Shown here: positions 25,103-40,699 of the stretch, piece by piece
Layout of the letters: every line of letters starts with the position of its first letter
Position numbering within the stretch: the stretch's first letter is position 1
From: the human T2T-CHM13v2.0 reference genome, Homo sapiens
DNA length: 64,000 bases
NCBI RefSeq assembly: GCF_009914755.1
Contig: NC_060936.1
Reading direction: 5' to 3' (one strand)
Notes under the pieces: model-generated
The model's database searches: none
What the model was told of the DNA's origin: nothing
What the model saw: the letters and a program-made list of their open reading frames with translations, nothing else
Made by a program: the position numbers and the translations under genes

Positions 25103-25871
25103 CTGGGGTAGGGGAAGGTGAAGAAAATGTAATAAATGGAAGAGTCAGATTTGCTAAATAAAATCTAATACCTGTGCTTTAGCTCACAACTCAACAACCA
25201 TACAATTTTATAGAATACGAGAAGATAAAAGGCAATAGAACATTGTGAGAAAAATTCGTGCTCAAATTAATAACATTTATCTGACAAATAGATGAGTATT
25301 AATTGGAGAATGACCAGAAACCACCCCTTAAATTTCATTTAGTTATAAAATGCTAGAATTTTGATGTATAAATTGAAGAAACCTAAGATTCATGTGAGTT
25401 ATTCACCTAATTAAAATTCATACTATTCACCCAGAGGTTGAATTATGGTTCTCATGAATTATGAATGGACCATACAGCGTATGCTAACCTTAAACAGCCA
25501 CATATTCCAAGGTCATCCTAAGTCACAGTCTCTGGGTTAAAATGTCATCTCTCTAACTCCCAGTAAGGTCAGCTGTGACTTTTTGCTAACATTTTTAAAA
25601 GCATATCTCAACTTGAGATAGTAGTCTTATGTAATTTGACACATAATCCCTTACCTTCATTTTCATACATAAATTTATTATTCAAGAAAATAAATCCTAG
25701 TGGGCCATAAATCCTAGCTTCTTCCATGTCTCACCTTCACCTGAATGCAAAGCAATCTTACCTAGAATCTAACATGTTGGAATTAACTCTTTCCAAAATT
25801 CAGCAGTCTTTACCTTAGACCTATTAACAGCCTCACTACCCTTTACAAATATTAAGGACTTTCGGAATTAG

Positions 25872-26255
<384 letters not shown>

Positions 26256-27929
26256 GGAAACTCTTTAGTGTTTTTCTATTCAAGTCCATCATCCTGAATA
26301 TAGATGTAAATATAAGCTGTCTAAAATATTATAAAGTTCACTTGCTAAGCACTTCAATGGAAAAAAGCACTCCACATCCATCATCCTTTTTGAGATTAAT
26401 TACATCTCTCTGAGGTAGGCAGGAGAGAAATTACCCATTTCCAAATGGGAAAATTGGCATTGATAACAAAAGATTCATCACATCTCTTGTATAAGTGGAA
26501 CTGTAGTTTAGGCTTTATGACTTCAAAGGCCAGTACTTTCTCAAATTGTTCCATCATCTAATTATTTTCGTCCTCAAAATCTCTAGCTGAAAGATGAAAA
26601 ATAGGTTTCAAATCTATGCCAACTTTGATTTATTATTAGTGATTGCTGTTTTAAGAGGATTTTGAAGTCTGGTCAAGCTAAGTGAGAGAGGGGTCCCCAA
26701 ACTAACCATTGATCTATTAATTCAAATAATCTATGGAGCATTTATTATGTGCCAGGCACTGATCTAGGCTCTGAGAAATGCAATGTCTCTCATGGATATG
26801 AAAGGAAGGAGGGCAACCTGGGTGGTATCTGTCATTTCTGAGAATCCAGCTACCACCTACCAGAATACAGAGAGGCTTGGAGGGACTGTGTAACTCTCTC
26901 CTCCTTCTTTATATTATCTCTGTCTCCCTTATGATTTCCTAGTTAGCTCCAGTTGGAATTCACAAAACCCTTTCACTATCTAAGGCTACTCAGCATGCTG
27001 AAGAAGTCACTGACTGTGCAAATTGGCCCTATACTCGTTTCTAAAGCACAATTTTTTCACATTTGCACATTCTAAAATTAGAATGCATCTTACAAAGGAA
27101 TCTTACGATTTCTGTAGACCTGAATTGAAAGAGTTCTTCCTGGCAGAATCTGTATACACTTCTGTCAGTCATGTTGCTCACTGTCAACTTCACAGTGCCG
27201 AATTTTCTGCTTGACATGTTTTGGCCTATACTTGAGGTGTGAATTTAGATGGTAGATCTGCACGAGTATTAACCTGTAGTTCAAATTCTCAAATAATTTT
27301 TTACCTCTCCCTACATCTACTGCCAAGGTTGAGGCATGTAACTTTCCATGTGGGTGGGTTTACACTTTGTTTAGCCTTACGCTAAAGACAGTGTTTGGTG
27401 ACTCAGCCTTATATGAACCTATCTTAGGAATTTTGTTTTCTCCTATTGAAGCAGTATTTTACAATGAATTTTTTTGTCTTGATTTATTGAAATATAGTAC
27501 AAATAGATGCTAATACTCATTGGGTTTTACTGCTACTGAAAGTCTTATTAATCTCTGGTTGACTCCTTACTTTAGTCCCTATAAACTATTTATATCTTAA
27601 CTATTTTATCTCTACTTCATCTACTAAAGTTGAAGCAATTAAAATCTCATGTGATAACTAAGACATCCAGTGTAAATTCCTTCAACTTTCCTACAGATTA
27701 CCTTCTTTGTTGCTTTCCCAGAAAAGGAATTATTCTGCCCTCTTTTCAATGCCAAACCTTCTTTATTTGTTGTGTTCTCAGAAAGCTTACTTCACATTTC
27801 TATGTGTTTCCTATGACTGTTGACTCTCACTCTCTCTCTGTCCATAAGCACAGTTGAGTCTACTTTATCAAAACAAAGTGCCTCTCTTGACCCTACTGTC
27901 TAAAAGCCACCACCCCAATGTTTCCATCT

Positions 27930-28760
27930 CAGACAACAGTTCTATTCTTCCAATAGCTCAGGTTAAAAACTGTTAGGTTACTCATATGGGGATCTCATTC
28001 TCCCTCAAAACCCAAACTGTCAACTCATCAGCAAATCCTACGGCCCTACCACTCTTCACCACCTCTACAAATGTGGTCAAAGCTAGACTTTTACCTGGAT
28101 GACTGCATCATCTTTTACCTGGACTATTGCAGTAGTTGGTCTCCCAGCTTGTGGTCTTGCCTGCCTACAGTCTATCTGCAACCCAGTAATAAAAGTGATC
28201 TTTTAAAAATGTGTCAGATCATGATCTTCCTCATTCAAAATCCTCCAATGGCTCTCTAGCTCCTTTACGGTAAAATCCAAAGTTCTTTTCATGCCCCGCA
28301 AGTCCTAAAGAATTTGGCCACATTGCCCCTCTCCAGCCACTCAACTCTGGCTCTCTGGTCAATTTGCTATTCCCCAAATATACCAAGTGTATTCTTGTCT
28401 CACACATACCATTCCTTCTGCCTTAATGTTCCTTTCCAAAATGATCATATAATTCCCTCCCTTGCTTTATCCAAGTCCTTTTTTTCAAGTATCATCTTTA
28501 TAACGTGGTCTTCCCTAACCACCCTCTCTGATATTGTATACTTTCATTCTCCACCCCCCTTTCTTGCCTTATTTTTTGATATAGCATTTACTACCTTCTA
28601 CTATTATATGTAATCTTTAAAAATTATCCCATTTCCACCTTCTAACTTGCCCCACAAAGGCAAACATTTTTGTGTGTTTCATTCACTGCTGTATCTCTAG
28701 CACCTAAGACAGTGTCTTACACATCCTGAGGGTTCAATAGAAATTTGTTGATTATTTGGG
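27930..28760 (+). mobile_element. L2 3' region
   Basis: Typical L2 3' terminus (cactgctgtatctctagcacct...caatagaaatttgttga); boundaries approximate. Confidence 0.65.
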
Positions 28761-30640
28761 ATACTAAATTTTCAACAGTCACTTAACCCACTATGAATGT
28801 GGCTTCTGATCCTACAGTTCTGCTCAGTTCAAGAAGTTTGAGTTTCTATATGCGATGGCATTTGATCTGATTTTTACTTCTAAAATAACCCTTCTTCTCT
28901 TGAAACTTTTTCTTGCAGAGATCTCTGAAATGCTTAACTGTCTAAGTTGGGTCACTGTGTTTGAGGGTAAGTAGGCTGCCATCTGCATGTCTCTTACCCA
29001 ATATACAAATACTTTGCTCAAATATCCACTTATCAAGAGCATTGATTACTTCCTGAAGCAGGCTAGTTAATTTCAGAAATCATTCAAACAAGAAATGACT
29101 TAATATTGAATTGAACTCTGCCTTCTAACTTCTACCCAGTGGTCTTAGTTTTCAGCTCTGCAATTATTCAGAACAAGTCTAACTCTGTTTCTTTAGTAGC
29201 CTCTAAGATAAATCAAGACACTTCCCTCCTCCTCTTCAGTCTTCTTTGGATCAAAAAATATTATGGTTCCTATAACCATACCTCTCAAAACATTGTTCTG
29301 AATTTTTCCCATCTTGGTCATTTTCCTTCAGACAAATTCTGGCTTATCAATCTCCCTGTCTAAACATTGTACCCTAGAGGTCCTAGAGGTCCCTGAGACT
29401 CTAATAAAGGAGTTTCTTAAACTCTTGTTCTAAATATCCTTCTAACAGCTTAAGCAAAGGTGGCAAAAGCTTTATTGGCATTCTATCATCACAAGTTTGC
29501 CTGAGACAAAGTCAGTTTAGACCATTAAGCGTTTTAAATTATGAGCTGAAATTAAGCCACATCTTTTCTATCTGTACTTGAAATAAATATTTATATTCAT
29601 TTTACATTAGTTTTGAAAGTTATAATCTTTCCATCATTTTAGTTTTAGCATACCCATTGGTTGTAGCATAAGGTCTAATCTCTCTGCATGGAACTCAAGG
29701 TCCTCTGCAATTAAGTCCCGATCATCCTTTCTATTCTCATCATCCACTGCTACCCCAGTTCCCATTCACATTGTTGTCCAGTCACAGTGGGATACTCAAA
29801 ACCCAAAAAACCCCAATCTTCCCCACCTCCTTGACATTGCTTATATCTAATTCCCTTGGCATAGAATGACCTCTTCCTGCCTCTCCATCTGTTGAAATCT
29901 TCAGTATTAGAGCTACCAAAGACCTCATGAGCTATAAAATCATAACTATCCTTCAACGCCTCATTTCAATGCCATCTTTTCCACTATAACATTTATATCT
30001 CTCCCCACACTTCTAACCACTCCACACATACCTTAAAAACCACACCAAAGAGAATTAGTCTCTATCTTTTATAGTGTGCACTTTCTTGGATGGTATGGAT
30101 TATAAAGCTTATTTCCTCTTGTAGTATAGTTATTTTTGTCTAGCTCTTTCTACCAGATTATAAACTTGTAGAACTGTTATCTTTGTAGTACACTATTCAA
30201 GTCTCAGTACGATTTTAAAAATGAATTTAGATCACTTAAGAAAATGAGATACTTGCAGAAAGATTTTCTAAAGCTTAAAGATATTTTTAGCTACATTTAG
30301 ATATATTTCAGAGGACAGGGTATGTAGAAAATTCGTAAAATGAGACTGAAGCTTATAGGACATGAACTATTTTCCATCTTGTAGGTGATGCTAAGCAAAG
30401 TATTACCATGATCATAGAAATAAATGTGACAGAATTAATCACTAAATCCCACAGCAATCTCATTACCAGACGCTGTTAGTATTAAGTATTTGAACACATC
30501 CGTTCAAGTAAACTTTAGTTTAATAACTATTCAGGTTGATGATTTACATGAGTGAGTAAATATTCACCAATCAAAAAATATCAGATAAAATAGATACTTT
30601 TATATTAGAACTGGAGATACCAGATAAAAATGCCAAAATA

Positions 30641-30767
30641 AGCCAAGTTGTGGTGGCATGCCCGTGTAATCCCTACTACTTAGTACGCTGGGGTGGGAAG
30701 ATCCCTTGAGCCCAGGAGTTTGAGCCCAGCCTGGGCAACGTAGGGAGACCTTGTCTCAAAAAAAAAT
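30641..30767 (+). mobile_element. FLAM/Alu monomer
   Basis: ~125-bp single Alu arm with A tail. Confidence 0.8.
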
Positions 30768-30846
30768 TGCTGAAGTAGAGTGTTTTAAACTGCCCCATTT
30801 TGTGGGAGGAAAAGCCCCAGAAATCATTCCTATGTAGTATACATAC

Positions 30847-30934
30847 CAATTATGAGAATAGTAGTCTCCTTTGGAATGGGGGTAACAAATCTTCCCACTT
30901 TCTCCAAATAACACTGTCCCCTGAGGTTTACAAT
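30847..30934 (-). CDS. OVCH1: OVCH1 exon 9 (start of CUB1: DCKPQGTVLFGESGKICYPHSKGDYYSHNC)
   Basis: CUB N-terminal pattern C...G.I..P....Y..N; AAG acceptor, GTATGT donor; 88 nt bridges phase 1 to 2 exactly. Confidence 0.8.
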
Positions 30935-31259
30935 CTTCAAAAACATGGGAAAAAGCCGATCATTTGCCTCACCCATAGACAACATTTCAAAATGATACAG
31001 AGGCCAGTCTGAAGCTGTACGATTTATATTAGTCATTTCATCGATATTTATGGGAATGCAAATATTTTTAGAAGCTATGATTTAGACATTGTATTTGCAA
31101 ACAGACTTTAAAAACATTTCTGAATTCACCATAATTTGAATCAAAATCAAAACTTTTAAAAACACTTCTTCAGATTTAACATTTATCCAACTTTCCCATC
31201 TCTTTCTAGGCTGTCTTGGGTAAGGTTAAATACCTTTGTATAAAGATGCTAACGTACAA

Positions 31260-32142
<883 letters not shown>

Positions 32143-32379
32143 TGGATACAGCTTTTAGCAATGGCATGGAAAGTCTCCCTCATTCACTCAAAAGTTTTAG
32201 ATGCCAGGGTCAGGTTTTAAATGTTGGAGCCTATGTATGAATATGAGCAGGGCTTTTAAAGTTTACATTCAAAAATTTAAATAAAACTCAGATTGTGAAT
32301 ATGGTACAATCCTCCTGTTTGCTTTCCTCTGATGACTTTCTTCAAGTCAGCTTCCTTCTCTAATTAGAACCACACATAC

Positions 32380-32478
32380 CCTTTCCTCTCTGGCTTCCAT
32401 TCACTTCTTGGACAGAACTCAGGGCCTTTGTTATATACCTTGAGCCCACTTTTGAGAGGGGTTGGCCCCGATCCAAAC
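32380..32478 (-). CDS. OVCH1: OVCH1 exon 8 (linker GLDRGQPLSKVGSRYITKALSSVQEVNGSQRGK)
   Basis: CAG acceptor. The phase-1 GTATGT donor at 32379 fits the next exon; another GTATAT donor at 32438 exists, so the 3' end is less certain. Confidence 0.75.
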
Positions 32479-33015
32479 CTGTAAAAGGTATAAGGAGTTA
32501 GTGCCTTTCCCAATAATAATCATTTAAATAAAACATTTTTAACAATGTGAAGTTAAAAGAATATGAAGAATTATAACTTCTACTAAAATCAATGCAGAGG
32601 GAATCTTTTCTCAGAGTCAGTAACCCACTATGTCTTTTAAAAAAGGCTAAAGGACTACGTGGAAGCAGGAATTGATTTGATTTGCTGGTTAGTGTGGTTT
32701 TAAAAATAAGATGTGAAATATTCAATTCTCTGATTTTTAAGAGTTAAGAAAACTCAATTTAACCCTATTTCCAAAGCATAGCCAGTTCTGGAAAGAGATA
32801 GGGGAAGATGAACTAGAAAAAATAGGCAAATAGAAGATGAGAAGCTTAGAAGATTATCCTAAGGAAGCATTATTTAAATAAATCACTTATCATGTTCTGG
32901 TGTTCATTTCACTGAAATGAACCATTAATGTCTGATTTCATTGCTCTTGTAAAATCTCATTGTTACCATTTACATTTGTTCAGGGCTTTTAAACCTTGTC
33001 AACTTTCCCTTCCAG

Positions 33016-33605
33016 GTGATCAAAATGGAACACAATTGCTACCAGAAGAGAACTGCTCCCCTGCAGTGGAGCAGTGAAGAGGCCTTTTACATCTAAGACC
33101 AAAGGAGAGTCTGTGGCAGTCTGAGGAAGTGCTGGCCTGTGGTAGGATCCACAGCACCACTTCTAAAAGCCCTGTCAGGTGGCTGCCCTTGGACTGCCAT
33201 GAGAAAGCGATGGAGGATGGAGAGAGCACTATGTTCTGGGGCTCTGGGTCTTGTCATTTTAAAAAATGTGTGGTTTCTGCATTCAACTGCTTGTTCCTGA
33301 AAGCTGTGTTCTCTCAGGCTTCTTTCATTCTGCAGACGACAGGTTTGGTATCTCCAGGCCCACATTTTCCTAATCTAGATTTTAGTGTCACAGAGCCAAA
33401 TTAACTCTCCAAGGCCTCCCTCATTTTTTCACTGTTGCCAAGGAAGTTAACAAGGTTGAACAGGCAAAGTGGGAGATGAGTGATTTATTTTTGGTATTCT
33501 TAAGTAGTACAGAGAAAAATCATGCCAACTGAAAAAATGAAGAAAGAATCCCCTGATGAGTCTATTCTCAAGGTCTATTAATAAAATCTCGTAAATGCAA
33601 AAAGG
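33016..33605 (+). ncRNA. OVCH1-AS1: Probable terminal exon of the antisense lncRNA
   Basis: Strong acceptor tttcccttccag|G at 33015/33016 and AATAAA at 33580-33585. An antisense lncRNA is known at this locus (recalled); exact exon not verified. Confidence 0.55.
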
Positions 33606-33822
33606 CATCTCATGAAAATTTTATACAGGGATTTGGTTTGTTCAAGTTATATTGACAGATTTCTGTACTCAGGGTTTCAGAGACAAGTATCTACACTGGA
33701 CTAAGAATTTAAAACCAGCCTCATTCTTGCTTTGTTCTAAAGCTTAGTTCTGATAATATCGCAACATAGCAGAGTAACTACCCTTGAGTTAGGATGAGAT
33801 GAGGAAGAAAGAATTCACCTAC

Positions 33823-34012
33823 CTGTGAACAGGTTTTGAGTGATAAAATCCATCAACTCAGACACTTTGGAGAAAATGCCAAGTGATGCCTTCACATGGT
33901 TGTTTCTTACGGGAACTGAACCTCCAGCACAACCAGCTACCCAGGAAGTTATCCCAGCAAGAATCCAGATTCCACCACCTCTTCTACAAACCAGTGGTCC
34001 TCCAGAGTCCCC
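33823..34012 (-). CDS. OVCH1: OVCH1 exon 7 (GDSGGPLVC...GITSWVAGC...DFITQNLFT; catalytic Ser of domain 1)
   Basis: GDSGGP motif; AAG acceptor after a pyrimidine tract, GTAG donor; 190 nt. Confidence 0.95.
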
Positions 34013-34465
34013 CTTTCATGGTACAAAAAAAGAGAAAATTTGAAAATAGCCACAGTGTAAAATATTTCATCATTTCTGTAAACATCAGCACTCATCACAA
34101 AGTGAAAAGAGGTAGAGGCAAAGAAGTCCACTAGTCATCGTCCATCAGCTTTTTGTTTATCCATTTTCTTGTGTCCTTATCATTAGTTTCAAGGCAAAAT
34201 CTTTTCATGAAGATAAAATCTCTTTATACCTATTGGCTGCAATCTTGTCAGGTTAACAATTTCTCTTCCTCCTCTTTTTTTTTTAAACTACCATGTACAT
34301 TCTAAAAATCGTTGGAAGGGAGGTAGTTACAGATAGATGTTTCTACTATAGCTTGTCACCTGGAATTGCTAGGAAAGACTAGGTCATCTTCCAAACCTAT
34401 GGAGCATCAGTGAATAGACCCCTCAAGATAGTTCAAGGCCTCAAAGCTTTAAAAACAGAAAGCCT

Positions 34466-34777
34466 GGGCAGGGCACATGGTTCACACCTGTAATCCCAGC
34501 ACTTTGGGAGGCGGGGCTGGTGTATCACCTGAGGTCACGAGTTCGAGACCAGCCTGACCAACATGGTGAAACCCTGTCTCTATTAAAAATACAAAAAAAT
34601 TAGCTGGGCATGGTGGTGGGTGCCTATAATCCCAACTACTCAGGAGGCTGAGGCAGGAGAATTGCTTGAACCTGGGAGGCAGAGGTTGCCGTGAGCCAAG
34701 ATTGCGCCATTGCACACTCCAGTCTGGGCAACAGAGTGAGACTCCATCTCAAAAAAAAAAAAAAAAAAAAAAAGAAA
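34466..34777 (+). mobile_element. AluS-type element
   Basis: Full dimer with poly-A. Confidence 0.93.
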
Positions 34778-35749
34778 GGAAAGGACCACATTGGCTCTTA
34801 TGCTACAGAATAAAGAACCCAAGATTTTAGGATTGCATCTTCAATAACATTCCAGAATCTATGCTGCTTTAAGACTATGTTTCAGACAACATTGTGTCAG
34901 ATTAAACTCTTCTCAAAAGGTGTAGAGGGCTTCATCCAAAAAAGGATTGCCTGTAATGAATGCAGATAGGAAAAAGCACCTTTAGCCTATCTGTTTTCCA
35001 ATTTAGAAAGCGGCATAAGTGTACGTTTCAATCTCCTCCCTCCCAAACTCCTGTCATCGCCTCGAAGAAAAACTCAAAAATCCTTCCAACAGATAATTTC
35101 AGAGAGCTTCCCTCACATTTTCAAGCTGCTTTTTGGCCAAGAATAATGACTCCTTACTGCTCCACCTTAAAAGAGAAGATAATTTACTTGGAAGACCTAT
35201 CTAAAACTTAAAACTCATGTGTTTCACAAATTGGTCTCCTTGTCCTCTCTAAATATCTTGTGAAGATTGGTATTCATTGTGAAGTTGTGTCAGTCTTGGG
35301 AGATTGTAGTTATTCCCAATATCTCTTACACAACAGTGACTAAAGCTATGTATCTTCAGTCAAACTTTGTGCAAATATATTCTGCACCAAAGGAAAAAAA
35401 ATCCACAATGCTTAACAATATGTGAAATGAAGAATTCATAGCTAGGCCTAATAAGATTGTGAAAGTGGTCATCTTGCTTGATTCCATTAGGTTGCACACG
35501 TTGAAACTAACCCCTTTTGCCAACCCACCGAAATAAAAGAAGTGTAGGGGTAGGAATGGACGTGGAGACAGGAAATAATTCTTTCTGCTCAGGTCAAGTA
35601 CACTTTTTCAGTAGAAATCAGAGGAAAAGATGAAGGGAAAAAGAATTTTGACACAGTAATAGAAGAAACATGAGCTTCTTTTGGGGAAAGGCAGAATCTA
35701 CTTTCACCCACATGTTACTGAACAGCTAGGCTGGTTTACACTTTTGTAC

Positions 35750-35901
35750 CTGGCAGGCGTCCATTCCCCAATCAGGGAAGCCAGCACACAGCATGGTCCT
35801 TCCCAGGGGAGGGAGGTTCATGCTCTTGAGCACAGTATTACACGCTCTGTCATCCATGATGGGAAGTTCCATTTCTTGTAGGACATTTGAATATTCTGAT
35901 G
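35750..35901 (-). CDS. OVCH1: OVCH1 exon 6 (SEYSNVLQEMELP...MLCAGFPDWGMDACQ)
   Basis: MLCAG and DACQ motifs; CAG acceptor, GTAC donor; 152 nt, phase 1 to 0. Confidence 0.95.
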
Positions 35902-36104
35902 CTGTAGAGAGAGGACAGATAAGTTAGCACACAATATCCTCATGGAAACAAATTAATGGGAAGTCTACAAGTTTGGAACTATTTCAAACAGATTTTTAAC
36001 CACATGTAGAAGTAATTGTTTTTAGGTGTGAATCATATTCACTTCTAAAAATCAGATATGTGGCAGAGGACATTTTTTGAAAATTCAGCAGATTTTTAAG
36101 GTAA

Positions 36105-36508
<404 letters not shown>

Positions 36509-36554
36509 CTAAAATTATTTATAAAATAAAAAATCACAATGTATTGTTGTCAAG

Positions 36555-36900
36555 CTTTAGGTATAGTTGACAAATAAAAATTGTATTTATTCAAGGAGTA
36601 CAAAGTGATGTTTTAATATATGTATACATTGCAAAATGATTACCATAATCATGGTAATTAACATTACATCACCCCACAGAGTTAACTTTTTTGTAGTGAG
36701 AATACTTAACATTTACTCTCTTGGCAAATTTCAAGTATTCAATATATTAACTATAGTTCCCATGCAGTATATTGGATTTCCAGAACTTACTTGTCATACA
36801 ATTCCACATTTACACCCTTTGAACCACATCTTCCCGTTTCTCTCATTCTCAAATTCCAGGTAATCACCCTTCTACTTTTTGTTTCCGAGTCTGACTTTTC
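36555..36900 (-). mobile_element. Old L1 (L1MA-like) 3' end
   Basis: atttactctcttggcaaatttcaagta and cagaactta motifs. Confidence 0.65.
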
Positions 36901-37226
36901 AAAAAAGTCACAATATTAAAGACAAAGAAGCTTAACTATTGTTGCTATTTCCTGATCATCCTTTTGCCTTATTCCTCCTCATCTGTCACAGCTCTATCCA
37001 GCTTCCTTTATCTGCCATACCAAATTGGCAGCAGCAGGAGTGATATGAATAGCCTTTTTAAAAGTATAAGCCTTTCAATGCTGAGGACTACCAGAAATCT
37101 TCGTTGTGTCAGAAATTAGTTATAAAAAATGATAAATGTACTACTCATGGTCAACAAAATTATTTCTGCTTCCCCTGGACATACAGAGAGCTGGAAGAAG
37201 TATTAAGTCATTTTGGTGTCTCTTAC

Positions 37227-37322
37227 TTTTGGAAATCTTGCCCCATCCACTGGATAAGCAAAGAATTCCTGGTTCAACTTTATCATCGCTGTCAGGAAGA
37301 CAGATTGGCTGAACAGCATTTC
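37227..37322 (-). CDS. OVCH1: OVCH1 exon 5 (NAVQPICLP...SGWGKISK)
   Basis: PICLP and GWG motifs; CAG acceptor, GTAAG donor; 96 nt. Confidence 0.96.
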
Positions 37323-37736
37323 CTGAGAAAACAACAAAGGCATGAGGTTCATGGATAAATACGCCATGTTGAATATATTTGGAAAAGTGAAATCTCTTGA
37401 TTTCATGGCTTCTACACTTTCTTCCTAAATGTAATGGTGACATATTTTAAGTTTTGGCCCCTCCATATAAAACCGTTTTGTATTTATAGAAATTTTGAGA
37501 AATGCAGAAAAAGTAAAACAAGGATAAACATAAGGCCAATTGTTCCGCACACCACGAGCCCCCTAATGTACTAACATTTTAGACTATGCCTGTGTTTTGA
37601 AAGGGTAGTTTTTCACTTGACAGTTATTGAACACAAATCCAGAGGAATTAGCCAGGCCACTGCCTTTGAGAGATTGAATTGATCTTTAAGATCCTAGAAA
37701 TTTAACTGGCCATGAGAGGAGCTGTAAAGAACCTGG

Positions 37737-39644
37737 GAAGCTTAGAAAAAATATGGATAATGGTGGGAAGAGACTGTAATTCAAGAGAAAGTGGCTGAGG
37801 ACTGATCACAATTGATATCCAAATCTTTAGAAAAAAGCCCAGTAACTCCAACTATGATGCAAAAAATAATTTTGTATCTAGACATTGCTGAAAATGTAGC
37901 ACACTAAAAACAAAGAATGGATCTCAAAAAAATCTAGAAGGAAAAAAACATATTACCAAAAATGGAATGTTCTTGATTTCTCAACAGCAGTAAGCGAATG
38001 TTAGAAGACAGTAGAACAAGATGATCAAATTATCACGTGGCAAGCACTCTTTTAGATCTCAACGAATGAACAGAAAGAAAAATATCTCTGTCTTGGTAGA
38101 ACCTCATGAGTGTATATATTTGTGTTTGTGTGTTGGGTGAGAGGAGAAGAAACAAACAGCAAATATAATACATTGTTCAGTGGTAAATACATGCTATGGA
38201 AAAATAATAGGATAAAGGAGATAAGTCTGGAGATTAGGGAGAATGGCATGGAAGATGTCATTTTAAATATGATGGTCATGGAAAGTCTCATTGAGCAGGT
38301 GACATCTGAGCAAAGTCTTGAAGCTGAGGAAAGGAATCATGTAGTTATCTGGGTGGAAGTCATTTGATGAAGAAACAATCCTTGCTGCAGGATCATGCAT
38401 ATATGTTTAGGGGACAGTGGGAGGCCAGGATGACTGGAGCAGATTAAGTTAGTTTCATAAAAAAAAAAAATAAACAAATCAGAGGTTAGATATAGGACTA
38501 GAAAAGAGGGTATGTCAGATAATAATGACATTGATTTTCATCTAAATGTAGTGGAGAACCATTGAAGTGGTTTGAATAGGGTGACATAACCTGATTTACG
38601 TATTAAAAAGTACTATTCTGGCCACTGGGTTAATAACAAACATTAGGAAGACAGAAGAAGCAGCTTGAGAAAATTTCAGAGACCATTAAAATTAACCCAG
38701 GCAAGACATGATGGTAGTATTGCCTGGAACAAGATGGCAAAAGTGTGAAGTGAGTGAAGCAGAAGCCAACAGGATTTTCTGACTCATTGGATGTACAGTG
38801 TCCAAGAGAAGAATCAAGGATGAATCCAGAGTTTTTTAGATTTAGATGTTTAAATTATTGATCCTGGATGAGGTCACAAAGAGAATGAGCACAACTAGAG
38901 AATAAGATGTCCAGGGCTGAGCCTGGGGCACTCCAACAATATGAAGTCAAGGAGAAGAGGAAGAATCATCATAGAAGACTAAGAAAGGGTACAATAGGGT
39001 AGGAGAATAACTAATGGATTCCCGGAATTCAAGTGAAGAAAATATTTCCAAGAACATATGAGCAATTCTGCTAAAAACTCTTACCCAGAAAGATGGGAAT
39101 TGCGAAGTTACTTTGAATTTAGCAACATAGAGGTCATTAGTGACTGTGACAAGACCAAATTTATGGAACAGTGGAGAGAAAGTCTGATCCACTTAAATGT
39201 GGAACAGACATCTTAACCTAATACACCCAGCTATGAGAATTGAGGAAACGAAATTGACATAACTAGTATAGATGGCTTTTAATAGATGTTTTCTGTAAAG
39301 GAAAGAAAAAATGGGGCAATAGTTTCCTCTTATATACACTTCGAGTTATTCTCAGTATTTTGATCGCCTACTGTCTTCTGACATTCACTTACTGCTGTTG
39401 AGAAGTCAATAACATTCCGTTTTTGGTAATGTGTCTTTTTCCTTCTAGATTCTTTTGGGATCCATTCTTTTAGTGTGCTACATTTTCAGCACATGTCTAG
39501 ATATATAATTATTTTTTGTATCATAGTTGGAGTTACTAAGCTTTTTAAATCTAAAGATTTGGATATCAATTATGATCAATCCTCAGCCACTTTCTCTTGA
39601 ATTACAGTCTCTCTCTACCAATATCCATACTCTTTCTAAACTTC
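37737..39644. repeat. ~280-bp inverted repeat (37737-38014 / 39368-39644)
   Basis: Arms align as reverse complements, roughly 85-90% identical by eye. Confidence 0.9.
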
Positions 39645-40699
39645 AAATTGGATGTTTACTACACTCTATCTTCTCTGTCTCTTATCGTCACTGTCTTCTC
39701 CGGGTAATTATTTCAGATTGTCTAGTTCCATACACCTAATCTAACCTGGTAGATAAATATTCTATTGAGTTTCTAATTCCAATTACATTTTTATATTTTC
39801 ATGTTTTACTGGCTTATTTTCAAATTTCCCTTCCATCTAATAGTTTCTTGTGGTTCAATCATTTTCAGTAACTTTCACTGCTTTAAACTTTAATATACTA
39901 ATTTTCTATTCTCTATCTTGAAATTTGTAACCTTTGAAGGTCTGATTCTGATTGTTAATTCTTCAGACTCTCTTTGATGGCAAATTTCTCTGCATGTTTC
40001 TGTGCTCGAATTCATTAAAACTTTATGGGAATATATTAAACCTGGGATTTAAATTTCATTCTCTCAGAGAATTTATTTTGCTTTTGCCAGAGGCTGATTA
40101 CTCACCTGGAACCACTTTAAAATTTTGCCTTGGAGTTTTTTGTGCCACACAGGTGATGTCAATTCCAGCATCAAACCTGAGTGAGGCCTGGCTCATGATT
40201 ACAGATTCTTCTGAGAACCCTCTGTCCAGAGCCAAGGTTGAGACAAGTAAGTGTCCTTATTCCCTCACTTTATGTAGCATAACACACACAACTCCCTCTC
40301 CCTATCTTTCAAAGCATCACCTTTCAGAAAGTTCCAGGTTCTTTACAGCTCCTCTCATGGCCAGGTCAATCTCTAGGATCTTAAAGATCAATTTGATCCC
40401 TTAAGGGCAGTGGCCTGGCTAACTACTCTGGACTTGTGCTTTGTTTTTGGCCACTTAACACTTCCTTTTCTTGCATTTAAAAAAAAGGGGGCTTTTAGTA
40501 TTTTACCCAGAATGTTTATATTACCTGTGTTGAGAGAGTGTTGGAGATCTTGTTCACAGTAATGACAGAAAGAAGTCTCTGAAAATATTTTCAAATGTTT
40601 CGAGCTTTTTTGTTAGAGATGAATATAGGTAGGTAGTTAGAATGTAGCCCAGCCAAGACACAGGAGTCCTTAAAATACCAGTTGGCCAAAATATGGACT

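Noticed and set aside
39952-40404. 150-aa plus-strand ORF
   Set aside because: Non-ATG start, no recognisable domain, lies in degenerate repeat-like intronic DNA
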